Assembly: GCA_002706065.1 (NCBI GenBank)
Contig: PAJM01000030.1
Location: 1 to 39,783, forward strand
Reading direction: 5' to 3'
Source of the DNA: Methanobacteriota archaeon
Lineage (GTDB): Archaea > Thermoplasmatota > Poseidoniia > Poseidoniales > Poseidoniaceae
DNA length: 39,783 nucleotides
Positions within the stretch are counted from its first letter, which is position 1, and every line of letters begins with the position of its first letter. The notes beneath the pieces were generated by a model, which saw only the letters and a program-made list of their open reading frames with translations, searched no databases and was not told the origin of the DNA. Position numbers and translations under genes: made by a program. Shown here piece after piece: positions 19,845-28,400 of the stretch.

Positions 19845-21248
19845 CTATTGTTGATAATCAGGGAGGGTAAGTTCTACCGCAAACAAGGGGTCGACGTGCG
19901 TTGAATCATGATAGGCTACGACCACACCTCCGTCGCGGAGAATGGCGAGGCTTGCAAAATCAAATCGAATATCGTTTCCTGCACCCGATGTAGAGTCCAA
20001 ATCACCTTGGCCGATGTAGGTTAGCGTGTCTGGACTGAGGTCTTGGCTGTAATCTCTGGTATGGAAGAGAACGTCCACGTCAGGGCCCACACTCGATTGG
20101 TATCGAACGTTGAGTACGAAGAGGTCATGTTCGCCATTGGCTTGGAATTCCCACTCTTCGATGCTTGAAGCAGCATCACCGAGGTCGTAGGTGTAGTTGT
20201 TCCAACTGACAGCACCATCGACTGAGGTGTAATGCGTAAACGAGGTGCCTGAATTGGAGACGCAGTGAATTGTTCCCGTCATGTCAATTTGACAGTATTC
20301 ACTTGGAAATTGGACTGCAAGTTCGTTCCATGAAAGGGTCGTATCAAGGAACGCTGCGTTGCCATTATCGAAGTATTGTGGGAACAGAAGACCTCCGCTC
20401 GGAACAGCAAACGCGCGCATTTCTTTGTGCGGCTTGTTGACATCCCAGTAGAAGTTTAAGGAAGAATTAGTGAAATCCAAATCGACTTCAATGTCGGGTT
20501 GTGATGAGGAACGGTCTGGGAATTGGATTGGATAGTAATTCAACCCATCAACCGATATTTGGCCACCCGCATTTTGTGTCTGATGCCAGAAATTGGAAAC
20601 GACAAGAGACGCCCATTCACCGTTACCTATGCTGGACGAGATGGGCCCAACAACCTCAACTTGCCAACTTCGATCGTAGAATGGTTCGGTGATTCTGTTG
20701 TAACACCACTTCCATTCCATTTCTGAATCATCATACAAAATTGCATAGAATTTATCCAGTTTAAGATCGCCTCCAACGTACGGGAACCAAGACATTGAGA
20801 TGATGTCTCCATTGGTTGCTTGAACGATGCTTCCCTCGCCAAGACCTTCAGTTCCTGGATTGGTGGGTATGAATGTGCGGCATTGCATATCGGGTGTTAC
20901 ACCAGGTAACCACGTCTTCCAGTCGTGTCCGCGGTCGACTGACCAGACTGGATATTCTCCACCAATGTTGAGAATTGAACCTGAGATTGTTGTTGCGATG
21001 TAGTGTTCGCAACAGTTTCCTCCTTTGGACTCATCGAACACAGCCCAAGTCATGTTGGTCGTTTCGTTGGTTCGCAAGTCAACGGTCATGAACTCCCGCG
21101 GCGACTCATGCGTTTGTTCGTCGATGAGAACATAGTCTGCCCATGCGAGACGCTGTTCTTCGGTTTTTGCAATGGTTTCCCCATCGCCATAACATCCAGC
21201 CAAAACCATGCTGCAGACGAGCATGATGGCAAGAAATCCTCTGCGCAT
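19845..21248 (-). CDS. Hypothetical lipoprotein, probable beta-propeller (BNR/Asp-box-like)
   Basis: MRRGFLAIMLVCSMVLAGC lipobox-like signal; Asp-box-like motifs SVDRGHDW, SVDGLNY, SVDGAVSW. Confidence 0.7.
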   Translation of the reverse strand: MRRGFLAIMLVCSMVLAGCYGDGETIAKTEEQRLAWADYVLIDEQTHESPREFMTVDLRTNETTNMTWAVFDESKGGNCCEHYIATTISGSILNIGGEYPVWSVDRGHDWKTWLPGVTPDMQCRTFIPTNPGTEGLGEGSIVQATNGDIISMSWFPYVGGDLKLDKFYAILYDDSEMEWKWCYNRITEPFYDRSWQVEVVGPISSSIGNGEWASLVVSNFWHQTQNAGGQISVDGLNYYPIQFPDRSSSQPDIEVDLDFTNSSLNFYWDVNKPHKEMRAFAVPSGGLLFPQYFDNGNAAFLDTTLSWNELAVQFPSEYCQIDMTGTIHCVSNSGTSFTHYTSVDGAVSWNNYTYDLGDAASSIEEWEFQANGEHDLFVLNVRYQSSVGPDVDVLFHTRDYSQDLSPDTLTYIGQGDLDSTSGAGNDIRFDFASLAILRDGGVVVAYHDSTHVDPLFAVELTLPDYQQ

Positions 21249-21255
21249 GGTTAGG

Positions 21256-22023
21256 CTAATCCCCGGCTGTTTTCAAATCCTTGCAAAGCGCTTTGAAGGT
21301 ACGAAGTCCGGTGAGTGTGTGGCTTCCAAACCATGTTAAGGCCTCTCCATCGATGCATTGTGTCCAAGGTCGATGCCCTCCGATGGCTCCGACGGCATCG
21401 GAAATCTCCTCTCCTTCTTGTTTGGAAAATTCATGAGGTTCACTCGATAGGAGAAGCCCTTCAACAGCGTGCAACTTGATCTGTTCGGCCGAAACAACAG
21501 GGTAACCATTGCCGTCTGGTTCGATGTCGGGAACTTGGAAACCACACGTTTCGAGTAAAGCTCCTGAGTACTTTCGGGGTGAAACAGCCATGAGCGGTTT
21601 GTGCCATATTAACGGCAAGACAACCGGTCCTGAGCCTTGCTCACAATGTCCAAGTTCATTTCGTATTGTCTCTGCAAGTTCCTTTGCACGTTGCTCTCGG
21701 CCCAACCTCTGCCCAAGTTCAATCAACATGTTTGGTACATCGCTTGGACGTTCAACAGTGCTGACAAATGTCTTGATGCCGAGGTTCGTTAATTCATCAT
21801 GAACGTCCTTTGGGTTTTCTTCACGGTCCATCAATACCAAATCGGGCTTTGCGTTTCGAATCTTGTTGATGTTCGGAGTCTTGGTTCCACCAACAACTGG
21901 TATCGCCTCGACCATCGACTTTGGATGGATGCACCACGGTGTTCGACCAACGATTTCTGACGCATCAAGGCCGAGGTCAGCAAGAGTCAATGTAAGACTT
22001 GGTACGAGCGAAATCACCCGCAT
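21256..22023 (-). CDS. Helical-backbone metal-receptor (BtuF/TroA-like) substrate-binding-fold protein
   Basis: MRVISLVPS, VGRTPWC.HP, VVGGTKTP, PDLVLMDREEN, LSSEP, IDGE..WFG. Confidence 0.85.
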   Translation of the reverse strand: MRVISLVPSLTLTLADLGLDASEIVGRTPWCIHPKSMVEAIPVVGGTKTPNINKIRNAKPDLVLMDREENPKDVHDELTNLGIKTFVSTVERPSDVPNMLIELGQRLGREQRAKELAETIRNELGHCEQGSGPVVLPLIWHKPLMAVSPRKYSGALLETCGFQVPDIEPDGNGYPVVSAEQIKLHAVEGLLLSSEPHEFSKQEGEEISDAVGAIGGHRPWTQCIDGEALTWFGSHTLTGLRTFKALCKDLKTAGD

Positions 22024-22032
22024 TTTTGACCC

Positions 22033-25000
22033 TCAAAGTTTGTGAACGCGGTAGGCGATTTGTGCTCCGTCGACATCGAAAGATTCAGCATCACTTGGCG
22101 GCTGTTCAACGTTGAATACAATGCCAGATGCGCGTGTTTCCTTAGCAATCCATGTTTGATCATCCTCGAAAAGGTCAGGAGCATTGGCCATCCACACTTC
22201 CACATCAATCATGTCCTCAATCTCCAAATCCATGTCTTTTCGTTTGGATTGAATTCGTCGCGTAATATCTCGGGCAAGTCCTTTGGAGAGCAGATGAGGT
22301 GTATCTTGCATGTCAAGGACCAAACTAACGTGAGATGCATCATCGCCTTCACCAACCATGATTGTAGCAGCAGCATATCCGTCTCGTTCTGTACGACGCA
22401 CCTCGATATCGGATTCGAGAATGTCGACATCCATGATGGTGCAGGTTCCGCTGCGAATTTCAGACAAGAGCGTTTCTTGGTCGGTATGATTCTTGATCTG
22501 ACCTGCGATAGCGTTGACATCGCCCTTCGCACGAGGAGCGAGCGCTCGGAAATTTACAGCGAGTTCGACTTGCTGGAAGCGGTCGAGATCAGTTTCAACG
22601 GAAATGCTCTCAACATTGAGTTCTTCGCACAAGAGGTCGTGATAGGGTTGCAAATTAGGCCCTGCAACAATCCATCCCTCTGCACATGGAAGCCGTTGGC
22701 GTCGTTGAGCATCGATTCGAATCCGTCGCCCTGTTTCCGCCAGTTCACGAACCAATTCCATTTCCTGTTCGAGATTCACGTCCTGTGGAGGAAGGTGTGC
22801 GGTTGTTGCGACGAGTTCTTCATCCCATGCGTCCGCAGTCGCTCCTTTGGTTGAACCTGGAGTCCCCATCGGCCAAGATGCTGTATGAACCGTCTCTCCG
22901 GTTAAATTTCGGTGAATTGTGTCGACCATGAATGGGCTAACCGGTGCAATAAGCCGGCACAAGGTTACAAGAATTTCATGCAACGTATGCTGGCAAGCAA
23001 GCTTGTCTCCTGACTCGGCTTCTTCCCACAGACGTCGTCGACTTCTGCGAACGTACCAGTTGGAGAGGTCATTGACGATGAAGTCCTCGAGTTCACGGCA
23101 TGCTTTGTGGAAGTTCCAGTTGGTGAATCCGTTATGATAAGCCGCTGCCGTTGTATGAAGTTTGGAAAGGATCCAGCGATCGAGCCGAGAACGTTGGGAA
23201 ATTGGCGATTCAGACTCGTCGGGGTCGAACGAATCCAACGCTGCATAATCCGCATGGAAGCGATAGACGTTCCACAAGGTGAGGAACATCTTCGCATAGG
23301 TTTCTCGAACGCCATTTGAATCAAATTTGAGAGGATTCCAAGGAGCACCGGCTGTAACCATGTACCATCGTGTGGCATCAGCACCTTCTCGATTAAAGTG
23401 GTCCCATGGATCGACGATGTTCCCTCTTGACTTCGACATCTTCTTTCCTTCAGCGTCGAGAATCAAACCGAGGGATAGACAGCGCTTGTAAGCAGGTGAG
23501 TCAAAGACGGTTGTAGACACGGCAAGGAGGGTGTAGAACCATCCTCGAGTTTGATCAACACCCTCACAGATGTAATCGACTGGGAACGAAGAATCGAAGG
23601 TTTTGCTTTCGTCGAACGGATGGTGCCACTGAGCAAATGGTGCACAGCCTGAATCGAACCAACAGTCCATGACAAAGGGTTCACGATGCATTGGCTCCCC
23701 CTCATCTGAAATGAGCGTAAAGGCATCAACAACCGGACGGTGCAGGTCAACATCGTCTGGACAATCGGGGTTCTCAATACCTGCTGCGTTGGCCTTAGCA
23801 ACCTCGTGTTGCAACTCGGCAATCGAGCCAACACATTTCATGTTCCCGTGTTGGTCTCGCCAAACCGGCAGAGGTGTACCCCAGTAACGCTCTCTTGAAA
23901 TCGCCCAATCTTTGACATTTCGTAGCCATTCACCGAAGCGACCTTCGCCGACCCAATCAGGGGCCCATTCAACACCATCGTTGAATTCAAGAAGACGTTC
24001 TTTGACGGCCGTCATTCGGACGAACCATGAATCCATGGCGTAGTAGAGGAGCGGGTGATCTGTTCTCCAACAATGTGGGTAATCGTGAAGATAACTTTTC
24101 TCGCGATACAGAAGCCCGGATGGAATTTCGTCACTACGACCCTCGAGAATTTCCATGACAGTATCGTCGCACGATTTGACGTACCTTCCATCGAGTTCAG
24201 GATGGACGCCGTTGACGAAGTTCCCTTCCATGCTCACCGTGTGATAGGCAGGGAGACCAACTTCCATTCCCAAATTGTAGTCGTCTTCACCGTACATCAC
24301 TGCCGTGTGTACAACGCCTGTACCATCCGTCGTGGTGACCCAATCGGCAGATAGGACCGTCCAAGCTGTTGAAGAATCTCCTCTTGGGACGGCATCAGGG
24401 AACAATGATTCGTAGGATTTCCCGACAAGGTCTGAACCAGGAATTTCTTCGATGATGTCCACGTGATGACGAAGCACTTCACCCATCAAATCTTTGGCAA
24501 GAATCAATTCTTCGCCTACAGAGGCTCCACCACGACCTTGCCAGCCTTCTGGTTGTTCTCGAACACGACATCGAGCGTAGGTGACATCAGGTCCTACAGC
24601 CAAGCCAACGTTCCCAGGGAGAGTCCAAGGTGTCGTGGTCCAAGCAAGAATTGAGGCTGAATCGTCCACCAGTTTGAATTTGACATATACGGATGGTTCT
24701 TCCACCTCTTTGTAACCAAGGGCGACTTCGTGACTGGAATAGGATGTTCCTGTTTGTGGACAATACGGGAGTACTTTGTGGCCACGATACAACAAATCTT
24801 TGTCAAACATTTGCTTGAGTGCCCACCAGCAAGACTCGACGTAATCGTTGTGAAGAGTGACGTATGGGTTGTCCAAATCGACCCAGTAAGCCATGCGCTC
24901 TGTCATTTCACGCCATGCGCTTTCGTAGGTCCATACACTTTCCCGACAAGCATCATTGAAGGCCTGCATCCCGAAGTTTTCAATGGCCTCGTTGCTCATC

Positions 25001-25308
25001 AAATCAAGTCGTTTCTGAACTTCGATTTCGACTGGTAGTCCATGTGTATCCCAACCACCCTTACGTTCAACGAGAAAACCTTCCATTGATTTCCAACGGC
25101 AAACGAGATCCTTGTACGCACGAGCCACGACATGGTGTATCCCGGGTTTGCCGTTGGCTGTGGGAGGTCCTTCAAGGAAAATGAAGGGTGCACCCTCTCT
25201 GTTGGAATCGATGGACTGCTGGAATGTTTCCTCGTTCTTCCATGTTTCAAGCAATGCTGTTTCAAGAGCAACTGCATCGAGGTCACCTGCAGGGTCTGGT
25301 CGAACCAT
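22033..25308 (-). CDS. ileS: Isoleucine--tRNA ligase, type 2
   Basis: FLEGPPTANG, GWDTHGLPVE, WTTTPWTLP editing domain, DWAISRERYWGTPLPVW, EGVDQTRGWFY, KMSKS; type-2-like C-terminus without the type-1 zinc finger. Confidence 0.98.
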   Translation of the reverse strand: MVRPDPAGDLDAVALETALLETWKNEETFQQSIDSNREGAPFIFLEGPPTANGKPGIHHVVARAYKDLVCRWKSMEGFLVERKGGWDTHGLPVEIEVQKRLDLMSNEAIENFGMQAFNDACRESVWTYESAWREMTERMAYWVDLDNPYVTLHNDYVESCWWALKQMFDKDLLYRGHKVLPYCPQTGTSYSSHEVALGYKEVEEPSVYVKFKLVDDSASILAWTTTPWTLPGNVGLAVGPDVTYARCRVREQPEGWQGRGGASVGEELILAKDLMGEVLRHHVDIIEEIPGSDLVGKSYESLFPDAVPRGDSSTAWTVLSADWVTTTDGTGVVHTAVMYGEDDYNLGMEVGLPAYHTVSMEGNFVNGVHPELDGRYVKSCDDTVMEILEGRSDEIPSGLLYREKSYLHDYPHCWRTDHPLLYYAMDSWFVRMTAVKERLLEFNDGVEWAPDWVGEGRFGEWLRNVKDWAISRERYWGTPLPVWRDQHGNMKCVGSIAELQHEVAKANAAGIENPDCPDDVDLHRPVVDAFTLISDEGEPMHREPFVMDCWFDSGCAPFAQWHHPFDESKTFDSSFPVDYICEGVDQTRGWFYTLLAVSTTVFDSPAYKRCLSLGLILDAEGKKMSKSRGNIVDPWDHFNREGADATRWYMVTAGAPWNPLKFDSNGVRETYAKMFLTLWNVYRFHADYAALDSFDPDESESPISQRSRLDRWILSKLHTTAAAYHNGFTNWNFHKACRELEDFIVNDLSNWYVRRSRRRLWEEAESGDKLACQHTLHEILVTLCRLIAPVSPFMVDTIHRNLTGETVHTASWPMGTPGSTKGATADAWDEELVATTAHLPPQDVNLEQEMELVRELAETGRRIRIDAQRRQRLPCAEGWIVAGPNLQPYHDLLCEELNVESISVETDLDRFQQVELAVNFRALAPRAKGDVNAIAGQIKNHTDQETLLSEIRSGTCTIMDVDILESDIEVRRTERDGYAAATIMVGEGDDASHVSLVLDMQDTPHLLSKGLARDITRRIQSKRKDMDLEIEDMIDVEVWMANAPDLFEDDQTWIAKETRASGIVFNVEQPPSDAESFDVDGAQIAYRVHKL

Positions 25309-25330
25309 GGTCTGCGAAATGCACCTTCGT

Positions 25331-25381
25331 TTTCAATCTCTCCCTTGATTCGCAGCAGTAGAATGGACTGACACATTCAAG
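25331..25381. promoter_or_regulatory. Divergent promoter region with two variant TATA elements
   Basis: TTGAAA on the minus strand (25336-25331) lies 22 nt before the ileS ATG. TTCAAG on the plus strand (25376-25381) lies 23 nt before ATG 25405. Confidence 0.55.
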
Positions 25382-25404
25382 TCCTTTGAAACATAGGCGA
25401 GAAT

Positions 25405-28400
25405 ATGGCCGACTCTTCCAAGGGACGAGGCATTGCATTTTTCGTGCTGCTCTTGTTTGTTATGGGTCCCTACATGGCCTTTGTTCCACCAGCACCCTCG
25501 ATAAGTCTGGATGATGCGCAGCGAATCGATTTGGTTTCAGTAGGCACGCCTGTTACGGTCAATGTTGGCCCAGGTACTGCAACCAGTCCATCGTTTGAAC
25601 TGGATGTACCGACAAGCACAGGGGCAATCACTTCCCTCGATCTGAGCATTCAATCAGCGACCATGCAAAACTCTCAGACCTTGCTTTGGGAAGGTGATGC
25701 CGCTTGGAATCACATTGACGCAACACACAACAACACGTTCTCTCAATCGGGTGTACTCAGTGGAGATGGCTCAGCTCCTGGTTACGACTTCAACAACGGA
25801 GCCCAAGGCTGGACGTTCTCAAATTCCTACAGTGGTCGTGTAACGACTCCTGCTTGCGGATACAACGGTTCGAGCGGGGGTTCCATTCGAACGTATGCAG
25901 GTTCAACGCATGCAACCTCCCCAACAACCAATCTCGCTGGGCGTTCCAGTATTCCGTTCCACGCTTGGGTTCATGAAGGGCGTTCGGGATGTGGAGAAAC
26001 ACCAGACTCAGGCGAAAATCTCCAACTGAAATACAAGAATGCAAACGGTCAATGGATCAACTTCCACACCTTCCAAGGCGGTGGTACGCAGACCACGAAT
26101 TTCCAGTATTCAACCATACTACCAGCTGCAGCCCTCCATTCAACCTCACAATTCCGTCTTCAGCAAACATCCGGAAGTGGCACGTGCTGCGATTATTGGT
26201 TCATCGACGATGTCAAGGTCGTTATTCCACCTGTGACGGCATGGACAAGTCCGACGTTTGGGTACAACACTTCCAACAGTTTCTCGTTGGCTGAGGGCCC
26301 ATACGCACCGATGCACATCAATGCGGATTTGCCGCTTGGGTCAACAATGCACTGGACCCTGATCGATGCACAAACTGGAGACAACATCTCCGGGTTTGAA
26401 TCCATCGAGAGTACGAGAGTTCACCTCGATGCTGTTGATTGGGAACGGTATGGATCCCTGCGCATTCAATTGCTGTTCGAAGGGCTTGACAGCGGCTCAA
26501 TGCCATCGGTCGAATCCATCACGGCCGGTGGTTTACTGAAGGATACATTCTCGATGGACCCAACCGAACGAGGTTGGTCGCTGAACAACAGTACCTATCT
26601 TGCAGGTGCTATCTCATCGTTGGCGAACGGTACGGTGCACTCACCGTGGTTTACAAGCAACTCTCCGCTGGCAGGCTATCAAGTAGCAGCCGTTGCACAG
26701 GACTTCGACGCTTACGTGCGACACGCAGAATCAGATCCATGGACTTCAATTTCTTTGCCTTATTCTGGCATGCTTACGCCCAATGAGCACGCCTTCCAAC
26801 TTCGGTTCATGCACAACTCATCACAGCCAGCACTCCTCGACGAAGTTCAAGTTACGATGTCGAGCGGTCAACGCGCTCATGCTCCAACATTGGATATGGA
26901 CGGGGATGGGTTGTTGGAGTGGGGTGACCCCGATGTTCGAATTGGATCCTGGGGTTTCCAAGACCACTTTTCAAACGGTGAAACAACGGATCGTGATTCA
27001 TTTGGATTCTCAGGTATTGCCGAGACCAGTGCCTGGATACCAGCATCCAATTTGAAGCATTTCGCAGTTTCAATTTCAAGTGAAAACGGAAACATGACCG
27101 GTATGTCGTTGCGTGTTGGAGGTTCGACAATCGTTTCTCGAACGCTCGAGAATGCAACCGTTTACCGTTACGAGATCAATGCGTCTGAACAAGCGATTCT
27201 ACAAGCATCTTTGAACAGCCAGAGTGCATTGTTGAACAATTTGGGACAAGGATTCGCATTGGTGAACGTCGAAGTGTATGGAAACGGAATCGTCACATTC
27301 TCCAATCTTGCAGCACCATATGGAACGATGGTTTCCGTTGTTGCTGACCAACAATCTCCGCTTGTGATGGCAGCGAATTCTGCCTATCGCACACCCCAAT
27401 CACCGTCAATTACCTTCCCGTTTTCAGGTCTTTCCAACGGTAAATTGATTGTCGAAGTCACCAATATGGGGTTCTCTGACGACGTTGCTACCGGTATGGT
27501 AACGATGGAGAATGCTTCGAGTCCACTTACTCCTTCGCAACGTTGGCTCTCGTTTACGACACGCTTCAGTGTCGACGCCTCACGCTCCATCTCACTGATT
27601 CGTCTTGACCTCCAAGGTCAAAACAACCACGCAACGTGGCTGTTGCCGACTGGTGGAGGAGCGGCTCTTGGACAAGGAGACAGTTCATTGGTTGAGTTGC
27701 ATCCAACAGAGCCATTCAACATCTCGGAAATTTCAGCAACGATGACTGAAATAACCGTCAAATTTAGAGTTGAGCAGGGCTGGGACGATGAGGACTGGCT
27801 GACTGCTTCGATGCGGCTTGTTCTTGACAACAGCGTAATCTCGCGTCCAGGGCAATACATGTGGAGTGGTATTGGAGGTGGTCAAGCCTTCGAGAACGAC
27901 CTGGTCATTACATCCGTCATCATCAGTGGAGATCACGGCCCCATCGACAGCTCAACAGAGTACCTCGCAGCAGGAATGGGATTGAATTTCTCCATCGATG
28001 TGGGCTATGAGGGTGTTGAAGGTGCAGATGCGTTTGCTCCAGGAGATGCTGAAGTTCAACTCTGGCAAGGAACCACCATGGTCGCTAATACAACATCCTT
28101 GGACGTTGACATGTGGAACGTCTCGGATACAGCCCCATACTCCTTCGGTGATTTGACTTGGACGGTACGGGTCGTGCCGTTGAATGGAGGCGATGTAGTT
28201 GACGAATCAGAGTACACTCGTACGTTCAAGATCGATCCGACGGCTCCAGCCGTGATTGCATCAACTGTTGAATGGTACGATCACCGACTTGCTTCGCCAA
28301 GCCAAACGGTTCAATTTCAAATTCTGGACCCAGTTCTCCTTCCTTCCGATGTCCACATTATGTTGTGGCGGGAATGGATGGATGATGATGACCTTAACGG

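Noticed and set aside
22042-22854. 270-aa antisense ORF inside ileS, and similar ones at 30985..31755, 18934..19539 and 6053..6640
   Set aside because: They lie wholly or almost wholly opposite conserved genes and show no motifs; long antisense frames are expected from codon bias.
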